Below, one piece after another: positions 47,865 to 55,884 of a DNA stretch of 55,884 nucleotides. The translations under genes and the position numbers were made by a program. The notes under the pieces were generated by a model. It saw only the letters and a list, made by a program, of their open reading frames with translations, was not told the origin of the DNA and did not search any database. The stretch is from IMG/VR virus record IMGVR_UViG_3300025718_000003, positions 1 to 55,884 of that record; one strand, written 5' to 3'. This DNA is from a virus (lineage: Duplodnaviria > Caudoviricetes). The first letter of the stretch is position 1. Every line of letters starts with the position of its first letter.

Positions 47865-49088
47865 ATGGCACAATTTAACGGCCTGGCGCTTACTCTAAAA
47901 GGTTTAGCGCTACAAACAAAAGCACAGACAGGCGTGGAACTTCGCTTTAGCCGCGTCGCTTACGGCGACGGCCAGCTAGAAGAAGGGCAGCTACTACGTG
48001 ACTTAACAGCCCTAATAAGCCACAAAATGGACTTGCCAATAGTAGCTAATACCATAATAGGAAACGGCACATCAAAAATACAGGCTGTATGTCGAAATGT
48101 AGACGTACTGGTAGGTTTTGACGCCAGGGAACTAGGGGTATTTGCTACTGACCCCGACGAAGGGGAAATACTTTACTGCGTGGGAAATGCGGGCGACTTT
48201 ACCGACTATATACCAGCTGGAAACAGCGCCGACCTAATCGAAACAATTGTAGAGATTATTACAGTAATTAAGCAGGCGACGAATGTAACAGCGACTATTG
48301 ATACGTCACTTCTATTCACTACACAAGTAGAATTCAGTAACCATATAGGCAGCTTAACGCCCCACCCTAACGCGCCAAGCTTGAAAGCGGCCACTACAGC
48401 GCCTACACACTTTTGGGGCCAGGTAGCAGGGGATAATCATTTACACCCAATTACATTAGCGGCCGCACAGGTTGCTATTTTAGGCAGTAATGGAAGTACA
48501 ATACCCGTTATGGCGGCGCAGATCGACGCTACAAACCGCGAACTATCCAACATAGCCCTGTATATGCAGGCTATGCAGACCTACCCCGACTATAACGCAT
48601 TAATAGCTGAGGACTTTACCCCAGTAGTTAATTCTGACGTCTTTAGCTGCCAGGTAACAAGCGTAGGGGCGGGCAGTAACAGCCTGGGCGTGGCTACCTT
48701 GCAGGGCATAGTAGTAGGTAGCTGGTATACCGTTACAGACGGCGTGAACCAAGAACAGGTACAAGTAACGGCAGTCATTCAAAACGGTACGACTTTAAGG
48801 GCGCAGCTTACTAGTAACATAGTAAATACGTATAACATGTCAACCGTTATGCTATACCGTTCTACCGCACAAATTATACAGGGTACAGTAGGGCAGCCAG
48901 GTAGCGGAAATGCTCAAGGGGCTGGTAACCAATCCGCGTCAGTATGGGCACCTACAACACTTTGGACGGGTACTATAGCAAATAGTGTCGTTGCTGCAGC
49001 GTTACTAACAACGCAAGCTAATTCGGGATCGTTTACAATTGCTGGTAATATGGCTTTCGACGTAAGCGGGAACGTAACGCTAGTATAA
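47865..49088 (+). CDS. Tail fibre proximal / tail-collar protein
   Basis: LT.KG..L, GDG and RELGVFATDPDEGEILY (DUF3751-like N-terminus). Confidence 0.85.
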   Translation: MAQFNGLALTLKGLALQTKAQTGVELRFSRVAYGDGQLEEGQLLRDLTALISHKMDLPIVANTIIGNGTSKIQAVCRNVDVLVGFDARELGVFATDPDEGEILYCVGNAGDFTDYIPAGNSADLIETIVEIITVIKQATNVTATIDTSLLFTTQVEFSNHIGSLTPHPNAPSLKAATTAPTHFWGQVAGDNHLHPITLAAAQVAILGSNGSTIPVMAAQIDATNRELSNIALYMQAMQTYPDYNALIAEDFTPVVNSDVFSCQVTSVGAGSNSLGVATLQGIVVGSWYTVTDGVNQEQVQVTAVIQNGTTLRAQLTSNIVNTYNMSTVMLYRSTAQIIQGTVGQPGSGNAQGAGNQSASVWAPTTLWTGTIANSVVAAALLTTQANSGSFTIAGNMAFDVSGNVTLV

Positions 49089-49104
49089 GAGGGAGGGGAT
49101 ATAA

Positions 49105-51909
49105 ATGGCTTTTAAAGCAACAAGTGTAGGTGGTCTTGGGAAAGGTGAACTCGGTGATGTAGCTATTGCGTCAGCTTGTCAGATAAATAGTTATGCAAAT
49201 GTGGCTAGTATGTCGGCTGATGGGCAAACATTGACGATAGGTACAGCATTAAATGGGGTTTATGGTGCTTTTACAGTAGGGCAAGAAATATTGTTTCATA
49301 CTACTGGGTGCCTTACTGCGGAAACAACTAATATGGGCAAGTATGGCTTTGCTACGATATTAGCGGTAAATGGTAGTCAGCTTATTATCGACAAACCTAT
49401 ACCCATCATTGATTTAAGTAAATACGTTTGCCAAATTGTCACGGTGCCACACTTTGGGAATTTAACTGTTAACTGTCAGCTATCCGCATTAGCATATGAT
49501 GTTACTAATAAATGTGGTGGAATTCTAATAGTTAAGTCAAAAAATAACATAGATTTATCAAATGGAATGTTATTAGTAGAAGGTAAAGGGTTGCCTAATG
49601 GGAGTGCCCTAAAGCCTGCCGGGGTATCAAATGCAAATTTATTAACTAAATTAGTTATGAGTACAGGAAATGGGATAGTGCTGCCAATATGTAATACATT
49701 GAAAGTAACGGCATTAAGTAGAATTGGTGCGAGTTGGAGTGGGGCATTAGGTGCGGGAATTGGTGCTTTCTCTACATGGACTAAAATCGCCCCGGATGCT
49801 AATGGTGCTATTGGTGGTAATTCATTTGGTGGTACTGAGGTGGGTGTAGAACCAGGAGGATTGCCCGGTTATGGGCCTGCGAAACTTTTCTATTATGGGG
49901 CAATTGGAGGATTTGGTGGCGCTTGTGTATTTATAGTAGCTAATGTTATTACAGGGTTTATACTTGATGTTATTAGCACGGGCGGTGGTGGGGGTACTGG
50001 ATGTAGCGGTAGTGCTGGTAGTTCTCCTGGTACTCCTGGTGGTGCGGGATTTGGCGGTGGAGGCGGTGGCGGTAGTTCTGGATGCGGTGGCGGTGGTGGC
50101 GGGGGTGCAGGTGGTTGTTATATAGCCACGAATACTTCCTTACCTACAAATACCATTGCTTATGCTTTAGATACCCTTAGTACTAGTAAAACGGGGTTAC
50201 TCATATCAACAAATACCCAGCTTGATTGTAGTACGTTCACAAGTGTTGACGGGTTTACCATTACTGGTAGTCAGCCAAGCGGTACCGACCGTCGTTTTGT
50301 TTTTAAAGTTAATTCGGGCGTAGCGGGGGCTAGAACGTACCCAATTTCTACTAATACAGTAGCTGGGGATACCGTAGTAGTTAACGGCGTTACGTTCACC
50401 GCGATAGCTTCGGGGGCCACGGGTAATCAGTTTAATGTCGGGGCGAATACCACCATAACCGCAATAAATTTAGCTGCTACGCTAAATACTAACGCGACAA
50501 TAAACGCTCTTTATATGGCGACGGCATCAACGAATATCGTGACACTGACTGAAAAAACGGCAGGTGGGGGCAACACGCCAGGCGCAGCCACTAAGACTGG
50601 GACAATCGTCATTGACGCGGGGACAGCGACAACTTCTGTAGGTTGGCAAAAGATTAGTGGTACAGGCGCTGTAACGCTAACAAATGTAACCACGCAAGCT
50701 ATTACAGTAGATTCAGTTTTAGCAGAGGGTAATACTGTAGCTGAATTACTATTGGCAACGTCTATAGCTGGTTTTATAGGTAAAAAAATAACGCCTGTAA
50801 TTGCCTTATCAGTGCCCGACGACGGCACCACGTTAGCGCCTACAGCACAGTTAACTATCAATGGGCACTCTAGCGTAGCCCAACAGACCTATACAGCCCT
50901 ATCACCTATATATACACTGGCTAACCAGGACGTAACCGTTATAAGTGCTACGTCAAATGCCACAACAACGAACAGCGGTACCGTAACCGTAACCGCGGCG
51001 ATCATGCAGAATAACGCGTGGTCAGCATTTATGCCGCTAGCGTCGGTACTAAACCAAAAAGCCAGTAAAATACAATTCCAGTCCGTGTACGCAGCGCCGA
51101 CCATTGGAACATCTACGGCACAGCTTAACAGCGTAAATGTAGCCTACCGTACTAATAATGCCAATGTTTCGGGTACGTTGGCCGAACTAATTAGTAATAC
51201 AGAGGTATTCCCCGAAGGAATGTCGGGGATTAGGCTGCTTGTTAAACACCAAAAGCTATTTGACGCACAGTTAGCGGCTTATGCTTCCTTTAGGCCCCAG
51301 CCTTTACAGAGAAGTATGCTGAATATTGGCGTAGGAACTGGCGCGCGGCAGACTATACAGCTTGCAGATACAAGTATAAACCACGCAACATTGCAAGTTT
51401 TTGCAGGGACTAACCCAGCGGGGGTATTTGACTACAATACAGCATTAAGCCAGGTATCTGTAACGGCGCCAGCGGGGGTAACGATATTCGCTAGCTATCA
51501 ATGTAATTGGCAGCCCGAAAACTGGGTGCAAATGACTAAATGTAGCACGGATACTTACAATTATGAACCAGGTATCAACAGTACCGAATTTACCTACCAG
51601 CTGCCAAACCAAACAGCGCAGGGTATTTCAGCTACTAAGGTGCAGCTATTAAAACCTGTAGGAACTGTAACAAACGCACCGTTGGGGACAGCAACAGGCA
51701 GCCAACAAATGTATGTACTGCCCCACGCTGCGGTACCTAATACGATAGTATTAACCGACGGCACAAACCCAGTAAATTCCTGGTCGTACGATCAGAATAC
51801 GCGAATTATAACAGTAGTCGCTACGCAGGGTAAAAACTTATTAGTATCTTACACCTGGGCAGCTGAAATACCATTGGTTACGGGATTCGTGGCCGCGTGG
51901 AATCAATAA
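49105..51909 (+). CDS. Large Gly/Thr-rich tail fibre or receptor-binding protein
   Basis: 934 aa with poly-Gly tracts and beta-rich repeats. Position after the tail-collar gene. Confidence 0.75.
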   Translation: MAFKATSVGGLGKGELGDVAIASACQINSYANVASMSADGQTLTIGTALNGVYGAFTVGQEILFHTTGCLTAETTNMGKYGFATILAVNGSQLIIDKPIPIIDLSKYVCQIVTVPHFGNLTVNCQLSALAYDVTNKCGGILIVKSKNNIDLSNGMLLVEGKGLPNGSALKPAGVSNANLLTKLVMSTGNGIVLPICNTLKVTALSRIGASWSGALGAGIGAFSTWTKIAPDANGAIGGNSFGGTEVGVEPGGLPGYGPAKLFYYGAIGGFGGACVFIVANVITGFILDVISTGGGGGTGCSGSAGSSPGTPGGAGFGGGGGGGSSGCGGGGGGGAGGCYIATNTSLPTNTIAYALDTLSTSKTGLLISTNTQLDCSTFTSVDGFTITGSQPSGTDRRFVFKVNSGVAGARTYPISTNTVAGDTVVVNGVTFTAIASGATGNQFNVGANTTITAINLAATLNTNATINALYMATASTNIVTLTEKTAGGGNTPGAATKTGTIVIDAGTATTSVGWQKISGTGAVTLTNVTTQAITVDSVLAEGNTVAELLLATSIAGFIGKKITPVIALSVPDDGTTLAPTAQLTINGHSSVAQQTYTALSPIYTLANQDVTVISATSNATTTNSGTVTVTAAIMQNNAWSAFMPLASVLNQKASKIQFQSVYAAPTIGTSTAQLNSVNVAYRTNNANVSGTLAELISNTEVFPEGMSGIRLLVKHQKLFDAQLAAYASFRPQPLQRSMLNIGVGTGARQTIQLADTSINHATLQVFAGTNPAGVFDYNTALSQVSVTAPAGVTIFASYQCNWQPENWVQMTKCSTDTYNYEPGINSTEFTYQLPNQTAQGISATKVQLLKPVGTVTNAPLGTATGSQQMYVLPHAAVPNTIVLTDGTNPVNSWSYDQNTRIITVVATQGKNLLVSYTWAAEIPLVTGFVAAWNQ

Positions 51910-51924
51910 GGGGGATTGTAATAA

Positions 51925-52104
51925 ATGCACATATACCGAAAACCGACGCCAGCACAGCAACAACTAAAAAAAGCGCAGTCGGATTTATTAGACACGCAGG
52001 AAACAGCCGCTTCACTATTCGAAGGCAGCCTAGAACTACAGGCCCAGCTACTGGATACCCAGGAAGCTGTAGCCCTACTATTTGAAATGGGAGGTACCGC
52101 ATAA
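51925..52104 (+). CDS. Small coiled-coil tail-fibre accessory protein (59 aa, not in the ORF track)
   Basis: GGGGG RBS, internal repeat LLDTQE..A.LFE twice. Confidence 0.7.
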   Translation: MHIYRKPTPAQQQLKKAQSDLLDTQETAASLFEGSLELQAQLLDTQEAVALLFEMGGTA

Positions 52105-52235
52105 TGGGAGCAATCAACGAAACTATGGTAAAGCTTTACGCTAACTTAGTGGTAAATGGCAGACGGACAATCGAAAGCCTACCAGTAGACTACCAGCAGC
52201 CAGTAACCGACTACATAGCAGCTAATAACCTATAA
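52104..52235 (+). CDS. CD1375/XkdX-like small protein (43 aa, not in the ORF track)
   Basis: MVKLYANLVVNGRRTIESLP..Y...V pattern, TAATG coupling. Confidence 0.75.
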   Translation: MGAINETMVKLYANLVVNGRRTIESLPVDYQQPVTDYIAANNL

Positions 52236-52301
52236 ACCTTACCAGGGGCCGCAGCAGGCCCCTTTCCTATTACATACGGGTAGCGACAAAAGGAGAAAAT
52301 T

Positions 52302-52838
52302 ATGGAACTTGATACAATTGTAGAGCGCATGTACTACGTGGTAGGTACTTTAGTTAGTAGCTGGCAAGTAAAAACAATATGGGGCGTATTCTTTACAGTA
52401 ATAACTTTTCTAGCGGGGCCTATGGATACCGCGTTCTTAGCCTTATGGCTTATGGTAGTAATAGATCCCGTTACTAAGTGGCTAGCAATATCAATGCAGG
52501 CGCTGAAAGAAGCGCAAAGCTGCGGGGGTATTGTATGCGGCTTTCGCCTAGCCTGGAAAAGCGGGGCCTTAAATAGTTTGGCAATGCGTCAAAAATTCAT
52601 ACCTAAAATTTTAGGCTATATTATTGTATTGATAGCTGCTAATTTACTGGTAAAAGTACTGCCGCCTGCCTACTACGCGGGTAAGCTGCTTACCGAGATA
52701 CCGAAAGACCTTATAACTAGTTACCTAGCAGTAACCGAATTCGTAAGCATATGCGAGAACCTTACAGCTGCAGGGGTAGAGCAGCTATCTACAGTAGCTA
52801 AGTACTTCGGGACTAAGCGCGACGAGATACTAAAATAG
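52302..52838 (+). CDS. Holin (Phage_holin_4-like)
   Basis: TM segments, D.VT, S..MR and E..SI.ENL...G motifs. Confidence 0.88.
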   Translation: MELDTIVERMYYVVGTLVSSWQVKTIWGVFFTVITFLAGPMDTAFLALWLMVVIDPVTKWLAISMQALKEAQSCGGIVCGFRLAWKSGALNSLAMRQKFIPKILGYIIVLIAANLLVKVLPPAYYAGKLLTEIPKDLITSYLAVTEFVSICENLTAAGVEQLSTVAKYFGTKRDEILK

Positions 52839-52854
52839 TGGAGGTATACATATC

Positions 52855-53433
52855 ATGGCTAAAATGATCGTAATTGACCCAGGACACGCAGGCCCTACCA
52901 AAGACCCCGGCGCAGTAGGCCCAGGCGGCACATTCGAAAGTGACAGAGCGCTAGAAATAGCGCAAAAGGTACAGGCAGGACTTAGGCGGCTTAACATTCC
53001 CGTAGTATTAACCCGCGAAATGTACGACCAGCCAGTAACCGACGACCTGGACTACCGTACTACGTTATCGAATAACTACGCTGCTGCAGCCTTTATAAGT
53101 ATACATTGCAACGCGGCAGAAAACCCCACGGCTGTAGGCTGTGAGGTATGGACTAGCCCAGGGCAGACAGACGCTGATAGCCTGGCAGAATCGGTACTAA
53201 ACTCTTTCGAAAAATCAATGCCAGGGCTTTACCTACGTAAAGATACCAGCGACGGAGACGGCGACAAGGAAGCCCGCTTCTACGTACTCACACAAACGGA
53301 CGCGCCCGCCATACTCATAGAAACGGGCTTTATCAGTAACCCCGAAGAAGAAGTTAAGCTAGCCAGCTCGGAATATCAGTTTGCCGTAGCCCAGGCTATT
53401 ATAGACGGCCTGGTAGCATGGCTAGGGGGTTAA
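52855..53433 (+). CDS. Endolysin, N-acetylmuramoyl-L-alanine amidase (Amidase_3), catalytic domain only
   Basis: IDPGH, DPGA, E, ISIHCN and ILIETGFISN motifs. Confidence 0.95.
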   Translation: MAKMIVIDPGHAGPTKDPGAVGPGGTFESDRALEIAQKVQAGLRRLNIPVVLTREMYDQPVTDDLDYRTTLSNNYAAAAFISIHCNAAENPTAVGCEVWTSPGQTDADSLAESVLNSFEKSMPGLYLRKDTSDGDGDKEARFYVLTQTDAPAILIETGFISNPEEEVKLASSEYQFAVAQAIIDGLVAWLGG

Positions 53434-53436
53434 ACG

Positions 53437-54111
53437 ATGAACATACAGGATACGTTTGAAAAGTACAAAAGTGTGATACTGCCCGTATGCGCGGCCGTAG
53501 CCCTACTGATAATAGGGCTGCTGCTATGGCTGCATTTTCACCCAGCGCAGACCGTAACAACTAGCCTTAGCCAGCAACAAGCGCAGAGCGTAGCAGGGGC
53601 TAAGGCAGTACTAGACGCGGCCCAGGTACCCAGCACGTTATACCAGCAAATGGAGGTAGCCGAAGGTATTAAGGCGGCCATGGGTACGAAACCCGACGAC
53701 GTTATAAATACTACGGCCAAAGACTACGCGCAGGCTGCAGACGATTATAGGGAAGCTGTAGGCGGCGACGCTGTAGTAATAGTAGACCCGGCCCACCCCG
53801 ATAAGGCCCCGCCTAAAGTTGGCGACCAGGTGACGACTACAGACGCCAGCGGGAAAAGCACAACCACCACTATTACAGACAATACAGCTATGCGATTAGA
53901 CGCACATATTATAAAAGCATATCCTAAAACCCTGGATACCGTAGCCATTGACCAGGGCAGCGTTATACTAATGCACCAAGTACAGGTAAAAGTACCTAGG
54001 ATACCGCTGATACTTTCAAAAGGCGCTGTAGGCTATGTAGGCGCTTATGATAGGTACGATTACAAGCACCAAGAAAACTTTGTAGGCGTAGCCTTAACAA
54101 TAACGAACTAA
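53437..54111 (+). CDS. Membrane-anchored lysis-accessory protein (spanin-like candidate)
   Basis: N-terminal TM helix and C-terminal alternating beta-strands. Last gene of the lysis cassette. Confidence 0.55.
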   Translation: MNIQDTFEKYKSVILPVCAAVALLIIGLLLWLHFHPAQTVTTSLSQQQAQSVAGAKAVLDAAQVPSTLYQQMEVAEGIKAAMGTKPDDVINTTAKDYAQAADDYREAVGGDAVVIVDPAHPDKAPPKVGDQVTTTDASGKSTTTTITDNTAMRLDAHIIKAYPKTLDTVAIDQGSVILMHQVQVKVPRIPLILSKGAVGYVGAYDRYDYKHQENFVGVALTITN

Positions 54112-54152
54112 AATACAGTGCCCTGCCTTTACAGCTGGGGCACTGTATTTTT
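54110..54152. terminator. Bidirectional terminator ending the late operon
   Basis: AAAATACAGTGCCC...GGGCACTGTATTTT. Confidence 0.85.
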
Positions 54153-54180
54153 ACGTTATAAGTGAAGTTGTTATTACTTC

Positions 54181-54209
54181 TTGCTTTATTTACTTCTAAG
54201 CTTTACAAT
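54181..54209 (+). promoter_or_regulatory. Sigma-A-like promoter
   Basis: TTGCTT-N17-TACAAT with TTTACTTCTA in the spacer. Confidence 0.65.
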
Positions 54210-54244
54210 GTAGGTAATTATATACGTAGTAAGGGGGTAATAAG

Positions 54245-54487
54245 ATGAAAGGCCAGCAGGTAAATAACAGCACAAAACTGATACCATATAATACTAAGTT
54301 GATGCCCGAAACGAAAGAGTTATTAAGTGTTATAGCACAGGTGCAAAAGCTGGATGGCCAGCGGGAACTTATCGAGCGTATGCTAGTAGTTTATGGGGAA
54401 AAGTACCCCGATAGTCTACAGACGGCTAAGGACTTGCTTAGTATGCTGGGTAAATTAGAGCGCCCGGAAGACCCTATACGTGATTAG
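54245..54487 (+). CDS. Small RHH-like DNA-binding protein
   Basis: YNTKL.PETKELL.........QRELIE pattern. Confidence 0.6.
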   Translation: MKGQQVNNSTKLIPYNTKLMPETKELLSVIAQVQKLDGQRELIERMLVVYGEKYPDSLQTAKDLLSMLGKLERPEDPIRD

Positions 54488-54489
54488 AA

Positions 54490-54526
54490 ATTAGCGGCCT
54501 ATTTACAGGTCGCTAATATTTTTTTT
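54490..54526 (+). terminator. Intrinsic terminator
   Basis: ATTAGCGGCCT...AGGTCGCTAAT followed by a T run. Confidence 0.7.
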
Positions 54527-54547
54527 ATTTTTAGAAGTAAATACTTC

Positions 54548-54576
54548 TTTACTTCTTTACTTCTAGGGCTTATAAT
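54548..54576 (+). promoter_or_regulatory. Sigma-A-like promoter
   Basis: TTTACT-N17-TATAAT with tandem TACTTCT repeats. Confidence 0.65.
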
Positions 54577-54612
54577 ACAGTTAATAAATTGAATATGTGG
54601 GGGGCGGTAAAG

Positions 54613-54906
54613 ATGAAATTTGTAGAAAGATTAAATAGGGATTTAGTAAGAAACGCTTGTATTAAAAACAATTTTTGCACACGAATGGGTAACGCCGAAT
54701 ATTCAAATATGCTGATGATTGCAGAAAGAGAAATTGCTAACCACAAGGAATTGATTGCCGCTATAGAAGAAATGACAAGCCTGATATATTCCGGGACTTC
54801 GGTCGAAGGATTAACGCCTGAAGATATTGCAGGTATCATATTCAGAGAATGCGTAGACAGATTTTGTGATTATAACGCTCGAAGAGGCGACGGGTATTAT
54901 ATTTAG
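54613..54906 (+). CDS. Hypothetical protein
   Basis: GGGGG RBS, VR..CIKN.F.T......Y..ML pattern. Confidence 0.7.
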   Translation: MKFVERLNRDLVRNACIKNNFCTRMGNAEYSNMLMIAEREIANHKELIAAIEEMTSLIYSGTSVEGLTPEDIAGIIFRECVDRFCDYNARRGDGYYI

Positions 54907-54918
54907 AGAATGTGTTGA

Positions 54919-54985
54919 TAGCTTCGCAGAGTGACAGCCCTACGGGGCTGGTAATGCGGCAAGCTGGTCACAAGCCCAGCCGCTA
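54919..54985 (+). ncRNA. Twister self-cleaving ribozyme, circularly permuted (type P5)
   Basis: GCAGAGUG strand, closed P1 hairpin CAGCCC-UACG-GGGCUG, U^AAUGCGGC, P4 GCUGG-UCACAAGC-CCAGC, pseudoknot UCAC/GUGA and closing stem UAGC/GCUA. Confidence 0.88.
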
Positions 54986-55005
54986 AAGGATAAGGGGGTT
55001 ATAGG

Positions 55006-55218
55006 TTGAAAGCTCTAGAAAAGTTTAAAAAATCACCATGTAGCGGCTGCGGGTACTGCGCCGAAAAAGGAACTACCGACGAAGACCTGCTAGATGTTAG
55101 GGGCCACGGCGTTATCAAAATTTGGTGCCATGCTGCTGGCGACACTGGCGACGTAGTACAGTTAGCCGAAGGTAAAAAAGAAGATTGTTACCACAGACTA
55201 AAGGCAGATAATGAGTAA
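55006..55218 (+). CDS. Small Cys-rich hypothetical protein
   Basis: AGGGGG RBS, PCSGCGYC...WC...C. Confidence 0.7.
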   Translation: MKALEKFKKSPCSGCGYCAEKGTTDEDLLDVRGHGVIKIWCHAAGDTGDVVQLAEGKKEDCYHRLKADNE

Positions 55219-55225
55219 CTAAATT

Positions 55226-55289
55226 ACTGGTATTTACCCAGTATAGACTACCATAAAAAATAAAAATAAAATTCTATACCCAGTATAGA
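55226..55289. promoter_or_regulatory. Candidate parC / ParR-binding repeats upstream of parM
   Basis: TACCCAGTATAGA occurs twice (about 55235 and 55277), plus an inverted TACTGG half. Confidence 0.45.
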
Positions 55290-55303
55290 AAAGGAGAGGT
55301 ATT

Positions 55304-55884
55304 ATGAATATTGTAGCTGTAGATTGTGGCCGTAAATTTACAAAAATAACAACAAGCGGCAGGACAAAAACTATACCCAGCGTCATAGGTGGATGGGTAG
55401 AGCGGGAACTAGGAAAGTATGGGGACTACGAAATACACCTTGAAGGGCTGAAACATTTCGTAGGTGATCTAGCGTTTATAGAATCTCACACCTGCAGGGA
55501 AAATGCCGAAAGTACGAAATTAACTGACGAATTTAAAATTTTGACATTAACAGCAATTGCCGCTATGAACGTGGTCAATGACGTTATACTGATTACAGCC
55601 GTACCTGTTTCACAGCATAACCAAGCAACTAAAGACGCTGTAGTGGCCCTGTTCAAAGGTGATCATTTTATTACTATCAACGGAGCGACTAAACTTATTA
55701 CCATTCACGAAGTACTGGTAACGGTAGAAGGCGCGGGTATCTATTATAATAACCCAGCTGTAGAGGGTTATTGCCACGTCCTTGACATAGGCAGTAGGAC
55801 AATTAATATGTTAACTATGTACAATAATCGTTTTGTGAGCGCCCGGTCGTATACGCTTGATTATGGCTGCTTCATGTACGAGCA
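55304..55884 (+). CDS. parM: ParM/StbA-family actin-like ATPase, 5' part (continues at 119-344 after circularisation)
   Basis: AAGGAGAGG RBS, MNIVAVDCGRKFTK phosphate-1 motif, PS, FVGDLA, VEGAG and LDIGSRT. Confidence 0.88.
   Translation, partial: MNIVAVDCGRKFTKITTSGRTKTIPSVIGGWVERELGKYGDYEIHLEGLKHFVGDLAFIESHTCRENAESTKLTDEFKILTLTAIAAMNVVNDVILITAVPVSQHNQATKDAVVALFKGDHFITINGATKLITIHEVLVTVEGAGIYYNNPAVEGYCHVLDIGSRTINMLTMYNNRFVSARSYTLDYGCFMYE
55767..55884. repeat. Terminal direct repeat copy 2
   Basis: Identical to 1-118. Confidence 0.97.

Noticed and set aside
47865-51909. Diversity-generating retroelement or tail-fibre shufflon
   Set aside because: No reverse transcriptase, no template/variable repeat pair, and no invertase or inverted fibre cassettes were seen.
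51897-52085. 62-aa ORF from the track
   Set aside because: The overlapping frame 51925-52104 has the RBS, coupling and sequence pattern expected here.

Overview
The window is a complete, circularly assembled temperate phage genome of about 55,766 bp. Bases 1-118 are repeated exactly at 55767-55884, and a ParM-like actin gene runs across that junction. The host is probably a Bacillota member (GGAGG/GGGGG ribosome-binding sites, sigma-A-like promoters, PBSX/Xkd-type contractile tail). Gene order: parM/parR, attP with a core matching the 3' end of groEL, tyrosine integrase, cI/cro switch, then a recombination/replication block (split SbcC plus SbcD, beta-clamp-like protein, RecU-like resolvase, SF2 helicase, ThyX, primase-MCM fusion, family A polymerase, MazG, HD hydrolase). 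These are followed by a late regulator, terS/terL, portal, MuF minor head protein, capsid, myovirus tail and baseplate, lysis genes and a small accessory block containing a twister ribozyme. The most unusual feature is a hidden two-fold symmetry in the non-coding DNA. An 82-bp core-plus-arm half of attP (1351-1432) recurs inverted and without gaps at the terS/terL junction (27773-27854). About 1.4 kb inside each copy lies one of two inverted ~200-bp origin-like elements, each with exactly (TAA)12 (2684-2883 and 26268-26463). This suggests an integrase-driven inversion of about half the genome, acting as a late-operon switch or a 2-micron-plasmid-style amplification device. That function is a hypothesis; only the repeats are directly observed. 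Protein family calls come from motif recognition by eye, with no database search.
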